A DNA stretch of 64,000 nucleotides from Eledone cirrhosa (lineage: Eukaryota): positions 167,896,001 through 167,960,000 of the forward strand of contig OZ024741.1 in assembly GCA_964016885.1 (NCBI GenBank). Direction: 5' to 3'. This document shows, in pieces, positions 1-11,680 of this stretch. The position numbers were made by a program, and so were the translations under genes. The stretch's first letter is position 1. Every line of letters begins with the position of its first letter. The notes under the pieces were generated by a model. The model was given only the letters and a program-made list of their open reading frames with translations, had not been told where the DNA came from and ran no database searches.

Positions 1-235
1 GCTGATGGTTCACTGCCAAAACTAGAATTGAACCATCAGTACAGTTGAGGTATGTCATACATCAATTTATGTATTTTATCTGATGAGGATAATAAAACAT
101 ATATTTTGATTATGTGAATTTATCCATTTATTAATATTTTGAATAATATTAATAACTCCAGAAAACTTCTTTGTTGAGTGCTTTTAATCTATTGTAAAAC
201 TATATTGATTGAAAAATAAATGAACATTTGGTTAT
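1..235 (+). mobile_element. Penelope-like pseudo-LTR relic (same family as 27362-27630), hammerhead partly deleted
   Basis: Collinear similarity to 27362-27630 (cactgccaaa..ctagaatt..aaccatcag..cagttgaggtatgtca..catcaattt..attttatctgatgagg). Here the stem II/GAAA segment after CTGATGAGG is missing. Ends in (TA)n. Confidence 0.6.
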
Positions 236-290
236 ATATATATATATATATGAGATGTGAGAAAAACCACAGACCCTCCATCTCAACTCA

Positions 291-328
291 CCTTTTGAAA
301 AGCAGAAGAACTGCGAAACCGGTAAAGG
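291..328 (+). ncRNA. Minimal type-I hammerhead ribozyme motif, U3-A8 core variant
   Basis: cctt-TTGAAAA-gcag(aagaa)ctgc-GAAA-ccggt-A-aagg: stem I cctt/aagg, 4-bp stem II, palindromic stem III ACCGGT, GUA cleavage triplet. Confidence 0.6.
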
Positions 329-459
329 AACCAAATAAATATATATATTTAAAAAAAAAATAAGACTCCAGTTGCATTTTCGATTTCATCGCTTTTTCTT
401 TATACTTTCACTCGTGTAGGACACCTCGGTTATTTTTCATTTTGTAAAAAAAACCTCAC

Positions 460-514
<55 letters not shown>

Positions 515-781
515 TGTATATATATATATTCATCATCATCATACATATGCCGAGAATAAGTGACATAGTCACTACTTTAAAATTCATAGCGAATGGTCTT
601 CAAAATGTTTTTAATTAAACATACAGTATGTTATCAAATATACTATACCTATATTCATGTATACATCGCTATTTCAGAGCACCAATACTAATACCCAATT
701 TTTGCTGGATCGGCAACCGCTCTGTTTAATCAGCTCTTCAACATTACTGAAATTCTATAAGAATCCAGCTTCTCAGTGGAA

Positions 782-850
782 GCGAAGGGGTAAGTAGTCT
801 TGATAATCGCTAACAAGTGAGAAACAGGACTGTCGATTACTCCCCTTTGT
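782..850 (+). ncRNA. Type-I hammerhead ribozyme motif, U3-A8 core variant, extended stem I
   Basis: agtagtc-TTGATAA-tcgc(taacaa)gtga-GAAAC-aggact-GTC-gattact. Distal stem I gcgaagggg/cccctttgt. The host repeat (about 665-850) is related to 37735-37960. Confidence 0.65.
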
Positions 851-857
851 TTTTGCC

Positions 858-1545
858 TTTCTTTATTGGTCACAAGGGCTAACACGAAGAAAAACATTAG
901 ACACATCACAGAACAGTACAGGACGATACAAAGTGGGTTTTGGTTGTGTAAACAGGTTATAACAAAAGTGGGCTAGAAATAAAAAAAAAATTCAAACAAC
1001 AAAAATTCCCCAAAAAGGGCGAAACCTCCGAGTGTCATTTGTGGCGAAAACCACACAAAAAGGCCACGGCCACCCTGACCACCAGAGCAAGCGCCTTCTC
1101 TCAGTTTTCCCACTCTTCAGTCTACAGGCGCATACTCAGAGGACCGTTCACTCAGGCCCGTTCACTCGGGCCCGTTCACAGCGGGCCCGTTCACTCGGAC
1201 CAGACTCGTCACTTTCACCCACCTTTCAAAAAACTTACTAGAAGACAGCACTTGCCTCTCCACCCTGATTTTCCTCTTCAAGTGAAACTTGAAAAAGTTA
1301 ATCAGGGATTGGCCGGAGAGGAAAGTGTCCCTCTTCAACCCTTTCAACCTTGTCCACCACACAATCTCATTCGCCATGGTCACCAGGCAGATGAAAACTG
1401 CCTGCCCTTCCTCCTCTTTAAAGGCCGTGGCGGGGCTATCTACACAATGGACTCAGTCGATAACCGGATCCGTCCTACATGCGACAGCAGCTGTTTGACA
1501 TAGCTCCACAAGTCAGCGATCCTCGAGCACTGAACGAGTGCCTGC
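858..1545 (-). mobile_element. 5'-truncated L1/Tx1-clade LINE (ORF2 C-terminus + 3' UTR)
   Basis: ORF 1162-1383 (EIVWWTRLKGLKRDTFLSGQSLINFFKFHL..RVNGP) matches the ORF2 C-termini of the LINEs at 17.7 kb and 53.5 kb. AATAAAGAAAG end on the minus strand near 860-870. Confidence 0.85.
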
Positions 1546-1696
1546 AGGCCCAAATATTCGACTTTCCCCTTCACAGGGCAAAGTCTAAGGGCTTATATCC
1601 CTTACACAACAAGAAATATTTAACAACAAATAATTTTAACAGGCAAATAAAGCGACTTACTGGGAGCGAGCAAAAGACATCCGATTAGACCAATAA

Positions 1697-1727
<31 letters not shown>

Positions 1728-1729
1728 AA

Positions 1730-1842
1730 TAATTGTTTCTATTTTAGGCACAAGGCCAGCAATTACCCAGTACATTACTGGTACTTTATTTTATCGACCC
1801 CGTAAGGATGAAAGGCAAAGTTAACCTAACCCCGGCAGGATT

Positions 1843-1845
<3 letters not shown>
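1730..1845 (-). mobile_element. tRNA-derived SINE family A, partial copy
   Basis: Reverse complement of the 3' half of the SINE at 10415/29553/60452 (gcctttcatccttacggggtcgataaaataaagtaccag...ggccttgtgcctaaa). Confidence 0.85.
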
Positions 1846-1891
<46 letters not shown>

Positions 1892-1893
<2 letters not shown>

Positions 1894-2570
1894 TATTTAC
1901 AAGGAGGAGGCTAGCTCACTGTGTAGTATCTGTGGAGAGAGAGGAGACTGTGGCTCACATTGTATCCGAGTGTAAACACCTAGCTCAGACTCACTATAAA
2001 GGCTGGAGACATGATGTGATGGGCAGGGTGATACACAGGCACCTATGCAAAATAAACAATTTACCACATTCTGAGAAGTGGTATGGGCATAAGCCAGAGT
2101 CAGTGATAGAAAACGATCAGGTGAAGGTGCTATGGGATTTTAGGATACAGACGGACAAGAAACTGGAACACAATAGGCCTGACCTGGTGGTTTTGGACAA
2201 GGAAAAAAGATTGTGCCTGATTGTAGATGTAGCCTGCCCATTTGACACGAGAGTGCAAGAAAAGGAGAGGGAGAAAATTAACCGATACCAGGACTTAAAG
2301 TGGGAGGTAAAAAGGATTTGGAACTGCCATGAAGTCAGAGTCGTCCCGATTGTCATAGGCGCACTAGATACTATCTCAAAGAGTTTCCAAAGATGGTTAA
2401 AGAAAATTAGTCCAGCCCCGCTTTTTGGAACACTTCAAAAAGCATGCTTGCTGGGAACAGCAAGAACCCCCCGATACGTCCTGAATATCTGAGGCTGCAG
2501 GTAGCGGCTTGATATTCATTTCAACAAACTTTCCAGTTAAATAACATCAATGACTGAGACTAAAAAAATA
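1892..2570 (+). mobile_element. R4/Dong-clade non-LTR retrotransposon 3' fragment (CCHC remnant + restriction-like endonuclease)
   Basis: ORF 1842-2492: ETVAHIVSECKHLA..Y..RHD..HNRPDLVVLDK..IVDVACPFD..KEREKINRYQDL..VVPIVIGAL..LQKACLLGTAR, the RLE-type C-terminus. Flanked on both sides by (TAA)n. Confidence 0.85.
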
Positions 2571-2596
2571 AAAATAATAATAATAATAATAATAAA

Positions 2597-2685
2597 GCTT
2601 TCTTTATTAACCACAAGGGTTTACATAAAGTAGACATTAAGGACAGTACAAGACAATACAGGACGGTACAAATGGGCATTTCTGC
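2597..2685 (-). mobile_element. Short Tx1-like LINE 3' tail
   Basis: ctttctttatt..ccacaaggg..tagaca..acagtaca resembles 858-935. Similar tails lie at about 29010-29085, 42220-42295 and 46410-46430. Confidence 0.55.
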
Positions 2686-2688
2686 GTA

Positions 2689-3855
2689 ATCATCATCATT
2701 TTATGTCCGCTTTTCCTTGCTTGCAAGGATGGGACAGATCCTATTCAGCACAGCATCTCTCCACTTGTCACGGTCCTTTGTCGTCTCCACCATGAGCTTC
2801 AGCGATCTGAGGTCTGCTCTCACCACCTCCGCCGATGTTTTTTCTGGTCTTCCTCTACTACCTCTTCCTTCAACTGGCATTTCTTGGCACTTCTTTACCC
2901 ATCTGTCATCCTCCATGCGCATCACATGTTCATACCATCGCAGTCTCCTCTCCTGCACACAACAATTTATCCCTCTCAGACACAGTTTCTCTCTCAACAC
3001 ATCCATGCTCGGCTGTTCATGCACATTGACATTGCACATCCTCTGCAGTTGCTGCCCATGTCTCACTACCATGCAGCATCACGCATCTCACACATGCATC
3101 ATATAACCGGCCTTTCGTACACAGGGAGAAACCCTTCTTCGTCAGCAGAGGAAGCAGCTCCCTAAACTTCTTCCAACGCATCCTTATTCTAGATACTATG
3201 GCCTCGGGAACACACCCTCCCATGCTTATCTGATCACCTAGGTACCGGAAGCTATCAACCACTTCTATAGCACCCACCTGCATTTGAAAAATGTGCCTAT
3301 CAATGCGACTTCTACTGTCAAATTTCCCTGTACATCTACTGCATACGTATTTCTCCCTACCTGCTAGTTTGCATGCGATCCCACTACATCTCTTGAATAG
3401 AATATATGCCAGTTCCTTTTCTGCATATCGATCATGGCCATTTCCCTGACGGAATCAGAGTATTGTCCTCTTTTCTACTTATCAACACTTTTGTGTTAGC
3501 TAGGTTCACTCTCAGTCTTCTTGCATCCATCTGCTGTTTCCATAGCCAGAATCTATTCTTCAGCTCCTCTACTGATTCTGCTATAAGAACCAGATCATCA
3601 GCATAGAGAAGTTCCCATGGACAACCAGTCTTAAATTCCTCTGTTATGTCTTGAATGACTATAATGAACAAGAGCGGCTTGAAGACCGAACACTGATGTA
3701 CTCCTACTTGTATCTGGAATTCCTCACTAAACTTCATTCCTACCCTCACTTTACTGACAGCACCTCTGTACAAATCTTGCACTGTCCTCGCAAGTCATTC
3801 CTCAACACCCAGTTTCCTTAGGGACCACGAGATGACAGATTGGGGTACCCTATCA
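2689..3855 (-). mobile_element. RTE-clade LINE, 5'-truncated, frameshifted RT and C-terminus
   Basis: FDRVPQSVISWSLRKLGV, QVGVHQCSVFKPLLF, ELLYADDLVLIAES, FRYLGDQI, ERRLRWYEHVMRM..RGRPEKT in successive minus-strand ORFs. (GAT)n tail at 2690-2700. Confidence 0.9.
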
Positions 3856-3856
<1 letters not shown>

Positions 3857-3887
<31 letters not shown>

Positions 3888-3896
3888 TAAAAATAA

Positions 3897-3953
<57 letters not shown>

Positions 3954-4005
3954 GAAGAAGAAGAAGAAGAAAAAGAAGATAACAATGACAACGATGACAA
4001 TGATA
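3857..4005. repeat. (AAT)n-(AAG)n compound microsatellite
   Basis: Direct reading. Confidence 0.95.
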
Positions 4006-4545
4006 ATGGAGTGAGCAGAGAGGATATGGAGGGAAAATACAGGAAATGTATTGTATAAATGTTGGTATTTTTTCATGTCTATAAACCATTAACAAAAATC
4101 TCTGGGATGGGTTGAAAGACAACTAACGACATATTGTATTTTTATGCAGCAGTAAATCAATTTTAATATTTTTTTCTTGTTTGCAAAAAGGCACATCTAC
4201 ATACAATTTTGCTTAAGTTTGGATTAATATCTATGAAGGCATATCTTGTAGAATTTGGATTACATATGGATTAATATCTAGTGTCTGTTTTTCAGTCGAG
4301 TGATTCTGAGTCAACAACAACAGCAAGATATAAAACTCAAAAGCTCTTGAGAAATGGATCAACGTCAAACTAGCCACTTTCAATTTTTCTAATAGATACA
4401 CATACATGTATATACATACATACAAACATACATATAAACATACACATACATGTATATACATATATACATACACACGCACATACATATATATCGACAAAGG
4501 TCCAACATTTCATATGTATGCATGTATGTATGTACAAGTATATGT

Positions 4546-5235
4546 ATCATCATCATCATCATCATCATCGTTTAACATCCGTGTTCCACGCTTGCATGGG
4601 TTTGGACGGGAGTTTTCCCACTTGAGGCAAGAGTGATTGTCTTGCTCGCATAGGACTGTCTGGAGGGTTTTCTACAGCTGGATGCCCTTCCTAACACCAA
4701 CCACATTTACAGTGTGGGGCTGGGAGGTTTTTACCGTGTTGCCTACACGGACACATTACAGCGTGGACTGTCTGGCAGGTTTTCTACAGTTGGATGCCCT
4801 TCCTAACACCAACCACATTTACAGTGTGGGGCTGGGAGGTTTTTACCGTGTTGCCTACACGGACACATTACAGCGTGGACTGTCTGGCAGGTTTTCTACA
4901 GTTGGATGCCCTTCCTAACACCAACCATATTTACAGTGTGGGGCTGGGAGGTTTTTACCGTGTTGCCTACACGGCCACATTACAGCGTGGACTGTGTGTT
5001 TTTTTGTTGTGACACCTACACGATCTCATTTGTTTCGGCCTGGATTTTGTGGCACCAACATAACTTTACATTGAAAGGGGCGGTGTGGATGGGGTGGGGT
5101 GGTGGGACGGGGGTGTATTTTGTTAGAGGTGCCTACTGACTGTAGTAGGTTTTACTTTGTATTTAGGTAAGGCGGGTCTTCTCTGTTACTGAGTACCGCC
5201 AAAGGTCTCGGTCCAGTGACATTGTCTTGGAGAGG
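4546..5235 (-). mobile_element. Non-autonomous retroposon with RTE-like 3' tail, containing a 112-bp triplication (about 4653-4995)
   Basis: (CAT)n + tttaacatccgtgttccacgcttgcatggg tail resembles the RTE end at 2689. The unit gatgcccttcctaacaccaacc recurs at 4681, 4793 and 4905. Other copies at 27652, 29165, 37140, 42960 and 50280. Confidence 0.75.
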
Positions 5236-5252
5236 TGTATATATATATATAT

Positions 5253-5988
5253 AGGGTTTAGGATGGTGGTTAGGACAGAACAAAAGGAGAAAAGAAGAAA
5301 AGAAAGAATCCTTCGTCAGCTGTAAATCCGCTGATGTTTCGGCTGTAAATCCAGATGTTTTGGCGCTTATTTACAGGACATCTGTAGCGAAAGGGTGCGC
5401 CTGAGGCCTTTCTTTAATCAAAAGGCCAGGAGGAAAAGAAGAGAAAAGGAGAGAAAAAGGAAGGAAAAAGAGGGAAATGAGGAAGAAAAACAAAGATGGA
5501 AAGGTGGTACATCTAGTTAGTGCACACCACCAGGCTTAAGTCTATCAGTTTTGCTATAACTTACTTATCCTATTTTTTCACCGTTACTCATTTGCTTGTT
5601 TCTTTGTCCTGTGTCTCCCCACGATGGGATCTGTTCACCTGTTTTTTCTCCTTTTTTTCCCCTTTTCTCTTTCTTCCTCTCTCCTCACCACCTTTCCCCC
5701 CTTTGTTCTTCTTCCTCTTTTCCCTTCCTTTTCTTCTCTCCTTTTCTCTTATTTTCCTCCTGGCCTTTTGGTTAAGAAAAGGCCCCAGGCGCACCCGATC
5801 ACTACAGATGTCCTATAAATAAGCGCCGAAACATTTGGATCATGGATTTACAGCTGACAAAGGATTCTTTCTTCTTTCTTCTTTTCTCCTCTTGTTCTGT
5901 CCTAACCACCATCCTAAACCTTGTTTTTAGTAACCAAAAACAACTAAAAACAAGGTTTAGGATGGTGGTTAGGACAGAACAAGAGGAG
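5253..5988. repeat. Double fold-back repeat, TA-flanked (probable PLE derivative)
   Basis: About 5255-5508 is the reverse complement of about 5686-5920, and 5887-5930 is inverted again at 5944-5988. Confidence 0.8.
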
Positions 5989-6149
5989 CTGTGTGGTTAC
6001 TATATATAGGGAAAGAGTCAGGACCCCGACGGCTGAGCTCCGGCCATTTCGACAGCTATGCATATATACGTATATATTTATGTATATTTATATATATATA
6101 TATACACATATACATACATAGATACATACATACATATGAAATGTTGGAC

Positions 6150-6700
6150 CTTTGTCAATTCCAACAATGAGTGTTCAAGTTGGTGTAACCATTCAACAAA
6201 ACAGCCATATCATAAAATTAAAGTAAAGTAGATGAATCTGAGCATTCCACAGACAGATGTAACAATGAAGTAGTTCTCAGGGAGATTCAATGTGACACAG
6301 TGTGTGCTGAGACGAGCTCTTTAACCCTTTAGCATTCACATTATTTTATGTATACTATTATATTTTCATGGTAAAGGCTTTACCGCACATAATTATCTCA
6401 CATAATATCGAATCTATGAGATTTTGAAAGTATTTATTTTGAGAACAATCCCTTAACATCAGTTTGAGCGACTAGTTACAGCCAGTTTCAACAGAAAGAG
6501 GTAGAGAATTCTGGCCAGTTTTGGCCGGTTTGAACACTAAAGGGTTAAATTATATATACAACTCACTTTTGCCAGCTAAGTGGACTACAGGAACATGAAA
6601 TAAAGGGTCTTCCTCAAGATCACAATGCACCACTAGAAATTGACCTCACAACCTTACAATCCAGATTTGAACACCCTATCCACTAAGACATGCACCTTCA
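6150..6700 (-). mobile_element. CORE-like tRNA SINE family B, interrupted by a MITE
   Basis: gagcattccacagaca..gtagttctcagggagattca..gtgacacag...ccagctaagtggact..gaaataaag.gtctt.ctcaaga, the reverse of a CORE-like ccttgagcaagacactt domain. Further copies at about 47835, 48120, 48830, 49330, 59250, 60320 and 62630. Confidence 0.65.
6321..6548. mobile_element. piggyBac-type MITE
   Basis: TTAA|CCCTTTAG...CTAAAGGG|TTAA termini. Confidence 0.85.
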
Positions 6701-6869
6701 CCCACATGTACATATATAACCAGTTTCGAGATTTGCCATCCCTTGACTTTTTTCTCATACATGGGTGACACAAACATAATTTTTAGCCCTGCTAAGGAGT
6801 TAGATTTCTTTCTGCATATGCTACAGCAAAAGAAAAAAAGAAAAGACCATGCACACACAACACATGTGA

Positions 6870-7085
6870 AAGTTGTTTAGGTCAAGTGACGGCTGTGCTT
6901 GAAGCTTTTTTTTAAATGAAGAAAGGACTTGCACTGCACCAATCCCTCTCTCTGAACAACAGTAATAGGTATCCAAAATAAAGAACAGGTCAACATCATT
7001 AGCTACCATCAACTTGCAGGGTTTACATCAATTCTTTTTTCTCCTAGACTGATATCCTAACAAGAACTAGCTGTCTCTCACTATC
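6870..7085 (-). mobile_element. Interspersed repeat family (possible RTE 5'-region derivative)
   Basis: Similar to 38930-39160 and 40420-40600 (gaagctttt...aagaacaggtcaacatcatt..accatca..ttgcagg). Strand and family assignment are tentative. Confidence 0.45.
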
Positions 7086-8514
7086 AGTAGACTAACTGCA
7101 TGCCCAGGCACTAAACATACATACATATGATCTTCATGAAGTTGTATTTGAATACACTTTTATTTACTGAATATATTTAATATCTAACCAAGAGAACTCA
7201 ATACATTAGAGAGAGTAAAGTTTTTGTGTATATTACTTGAAGTCATTTTATACATTACACATAGTTTCCTGCTCGGGGATGAATCCTCAGACAGTATCAG
7301 GTGGGGATAACTCTAGTTTTTGTTAGATAACCCAGTGGTAAATATATATTGTGATGACATTATTTGTTAGTTGATTAACTACTAGTGGGGATGACAATCT
7401 ACACAAGGGCTTCTCCAAGTTCTCCATATAGACCCCTAGAAGTAAATATATGCTTAAGTGTCAATAGGAGGTGGATTGACTAGTTTGCATATATTAATCC
7501 CTTTATAATAGAACAAAAATGTCTGGATCATGTAAACTAGTTGCCAGATATTGTACAGCTATTAAATACCTGATTCAATGTGATGGCCACTAGTGATATG
7601 TCATTCACAAACGACTCATTCAAAATAACTGGATTACTTAACTGAATAAACAACCCAGTTCTGACTGAAAAGACCTGTCAAGTCCATCCATCTCATCTTA
7701 ACTAATTCAAGCATTAAAAGTACATTTCCATTTATAGTTTACTGATCCTATTCTCATGTAAGTTGTACTAAACATTGTAAATTAGTTATTTTTAAAAAAT
7801 ATATTAGATTAATTTGTTAGTGAGGTGACATGCGAAACAATTTTGCTGGTTTGAGAGCTGATGATGGTGAAGATGTGCATGTGTGAAGTTGTCTTCTACA
7901 TTGCCTTACTTTCCTTCATCCAGTCACTTCTATGTACCAACACACTATTCCTTGTCCTCCTCTTTCAATCTTTTCTATATTTCATCTGCCTGTCACCCAC
8001 CTTGTGGATTGTCTCTCTGTTGACCATTGGCTGCTGGTCTTTGTCTTCTGAGGCACTTTTGCCGATCGCCATCTTTAACAGCATTTATCTGTCTCAACGG
8101 CCGTTCTAGTGATGAGTTTTCTCATTTTTATGTATCATTGCAATGGTTCTATCAAGTTAAAATTTTGAGGAGTCTTAATCTACAGCAAGAAATATATTAG
8201 CAATCTCTACAAGACAGATGAAGACTGCAAGTGGTTCAGTACAACAGAAGTGCCGTTGCTATTTCATTTGAACCTTGTTTGGTGAATTAGCAGAGTTTTA
8301 AGGTGCTGGATTAAATGTCTTTATGTTTGGCTTGGCTCATTGTACTCTGAGTTCAAATCACATTGGGTTCAACTTTGCCTTTGATTCTTACGGGGAGTTG
8401 ATAAATAAAATTCCAGTCTTAAGCTGTCGAATTTTTAAAGAGTACGGATGTTTGGTGATATTTGATCTGATTCAGTGTATTCTGAGTTTAAATTCTACCA
8501 CCTTTCTCCAGGAT

Positions 8515-8763
8515 TTACAACTGGCAAATGTCTCATGAAAGAATCACTGGACAGATTTTACAGGCAAAACCAACTGGCAAGGGACCCAGGAGTAGACCCC
8601 GAGCAAGATGGTTGAATAACATCCATGAGCTTGGCTGGTCACGCCTGGGGATCCAGCCAGATCAATTGGAGACAGTTGCTTCTGACAGGACCTACTTGAA
8701 GGAATGTTCGAGGACTCTACCCTCACAACTCTCTCAGGAATAAGTGGGCAAAGAAGAAGAAGA
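8515..8763 (+). mobile_element. RTE-clade LINE 3' end
   Basis: MSHERITGQILQAKPTGKGPRSRPRARWLNNI..LETVASDR followed by a (GAA)n tail. Confidence 0.75.
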
Positions 8764-9079
8764 TAGTATCAGAAATGAAAAGATCAATGGAAACAGTTTC
8801 CTTGATCCAGTGTAACGATTGGTTCCTTTGCTTTTGCTTGTTTGGCTTAAATCACAAGAACAAACAATCTACTCACACATTTTCTTCTGTTTTATATTGC
8901 TGTTTTGTAAGGGAATGAATGAATGACGCTTTAAAAGCAGTTGATTAGAATTCAACATAAACGCATTGTCAACGTCAGTACTCCCTTGCAAGAGTGACAA
9001 ATGAAAACTAGTAAATTGTGCAAACAGTGACAGAATAACTATAAATCATATTGCTGTTTCTTTGGTATATGACTAACAT

Positions 9080-10140
9080 AACACATACACAGACAGACAC
9101 ACACACACATACACAGACAAACACATATACACTCACATACACAGACAAACATACATACACACAGACAAATATACATACACAGACAAACACACATACACAC
9201 AGACACACATACACAGACAAAAACACATACACAAAGTCATATGCAGACAAACAGGCACACACACACACACACTGCCATAGGCAAACACACATACATAAAC
9301 AAACACACATAGATGCACACATACACAGACAAACACACATACACACAGACAAACACCCAAAGTGTTACATACACATACACCCAAAGAGTTACATACACAT
9401 ACACACACACACAGAAACATAAAAAGCCAGACACTACTCTCCACTAAATCTTATACTATAGACTTTCACAATCACACACACACACAAACAATTCACACAT
9501 GTACACAGAAAAATAAATGTTCAGTCCACACTACAGATTTACACAACCACAGATACATGGAAACATAAACTGTTATAACCAGAGAGAGAGGGGGAGAGTG
9601 AGAGAGGGCGGGGGGAGAGAGAGAAAGAGAGGGGGGAGGTAGAAAAAGAGAGAGAGAGAGAAAGATAGAAAGAGAGAGAGAAAGATAGAAAGAAAGAGAG
9701 AGAAGAGGGAGAAATAAAGAGAGAGAGGGGAGAGGGAGAGAGAAAGAAAGAAAGAAAGAAAGAAAGAAAGGAAGAAAAACAAACACACTGATACACACAC
9801 ACACACACACTACAGGTCCATTCAATCATACATTGTAGGATCATTCAATCACTCAGACAGACACACACAGGCATACACACACACATAGAGACACACAGAC
9901 ACACACTCCCATATATACACTAATACACACAGACACACACTCCCATATATACACTCAGACACACACTCCCATATATACACTCATACACATATACACACAG
10001 ACACACACTCCCATATATACACACTCATACACATATACACTCAGACACACACACCCATATATACACTCAGACACACATACACACAATTACAGACACATAC
10101 ACTAATACTCACACAATCACACACACACACACACATGCAG
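9080..10140. repeat. Complex (CA)n/(GA)n/(GAAA)n microsatellite region
   Basis: Direct reading; includes repeats of cagacacacactcccatatatacact at 9897-10070. Confidence 0.9.
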
Positions 10141-10414
10141 GTCTTTACACAAGTACATCCGCAAAATTTACAAACACCATATTTATCTCTGGGAAATTCT
10201 ATATTAACTAATTATAATTATCAACAAGGCATAAAAGAACAAAAAATAGATATTATACACACATACATATTACTGCATACAAATACATACATAGCACCAC
10301 ATGCCCAGATATAAACATAAATACCACCTTTTATATACACACACAAATCACCACTGCATACATAGTGTGGAAGATGGATATTAAACGAAGGTGATGATAT
10401 TATATATATATGTA

Positions 10415-10603
10415 GGGCAGTAGATTGGCAGTATCGGTAGAGAGTCGGATGCCATGCTTTACAGCAAAGAGTTACGGCCCTTTGTGGTCTGAGATCAAAT
10501 CCCGCCAAGGTTAACTTTGCCTTTCATCCTTACAGGGTCGATAAAATAAAGTACGAGTAATGTACTGGGTAATTGCTGGCCTTGTGCCAAAAGTAGAAAC
10601 AAT

Positions 10604-10604
<1 letters not shown>
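10415..10604 (+). mobile_element. tRNA-derived SINE family A (central domain resembles the Meta-type domain)
   Basis: A-box-like tggcagtatcggtag, B-box-like gagatcaaatccc, central actttgcctttcatccttacagggtcgataaaataaagtac. About 10 copies in the window. Confidence 0.85.
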
Positions 10605-10809
<205 letters not shown>

Positions 10810-11024
10810 AATTTTAGTACAGCATCAACGAAGCTTTTGGCAGCAGCCAAGCTAACGAATGCAGATTCGGTGTGCAGCTAAGCACTCAATGGAGAATATT
10901 ACTCCAGAGTTATAACATTACGTTTAGACAGCTTTGCAAATCAAATACAGCGACAGATTGTCGGACCGCATTGCCATAGCGACGAAAATAAACTGAACTC
11001 AGGAAATATATATATATATATAGT

Positions 11025-11214
11025 AATAATTGTTTCTACTTTAGGCACAAGGCCAGCAATTACCAGTGCATTATTGGTAGTTTATTTTATCGACCCCGTA
11101 AGGATGAAAGGCAAAGTTAACATCGGCGAGATTTGAACTCAGATCGTAAAGGGACGTAACTATGCTGGAAAGCATGGCGTCTGACCCTCTACCGATACTG
11201 CCAATCCACCGCCT
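11025..11214 (-). mobile_element. SINE family A, full copy
   Basis: Reverse complement of the 10415 element. Confidence 0.85.
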
Positions 11215-11307
11215 ATATATAGTAATAATAATAAATTTGAAGACTAAAATCGAAAGAGGGCTCGATAAGGATAAATATATATCAAATATATAAGAACCGT
11301 AGAGCAA

Positions 11308-11456
11308 ATATTTATTAAAATAACAGATTAAAGTTTAAGAAAAGAATCGCTGCTTTCACCCTTAACGGGATCTTCTGAAACGCTTTCAGAAGATCCCGTT
11401 AAGGGTGAAAGCAGCGATTCTTTGCTTAAACTTATACTGTTATTTTAATAAATATA
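11308..11456. repeat. Near-perfect hairpin (about 73-bp arms, 3-nt loop) with hammerhead-like remnant
   Basis: Arms 11308-11380 and 11384-11456. Contains CAGAAGA-tccc(gttaa)gggt-GAAA. Confidence 0.85.
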
Positions 11457-11464
11457 TATATATA

Positions 11465-11680
11465 TCATTCGCACCGTTTCCTCCCACCCCCTTTTCGCTA
11501 TATGTCTCTCCACCACTCCCCTACACACCCTTTGAACTCTCTTCCCACACACTTCTCACCTGAGGAAGGGCTTATGCCCGAAAAGTCGTTCCCCACCACC
11601 ACCCCACTCTCCAGAGCGTGAAATTAATAAACATTCGTTGTACTACCTCTCTGTTTTGTTCCTGTTCAAATTTTCCATTA
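11465..11680 (+). mobile_element. PLE-like terminal repeat relic with degenerate hammerhead core
   Basis: CTGAGGA-a-gggc(ttat)gccc-GAAA at 11560-11583, TA-flanked. The downstream agcgtgaaattaata resembles agcattaaactaata after the 48563 motif. Confidence 0.45.

Noticed and set aside
4653-4995. 112-bp x3 array as a CRISPR-like or coding repeat
   Set aside because: The units are contiguous near-identical copies of part of an interspersed retroposon, with no unique spacers.
7861-8109. 82-aa hydrophobic ORF
   Set aside because: No recognisable domain or splice context; may be a decayed LINE on the opposite strand.
10415-10510. SINE heads as tRNA genes
   Set aside because: Only A/B-box-like motifs; no complete cloverleaf, and they are always fused to the SINE body.
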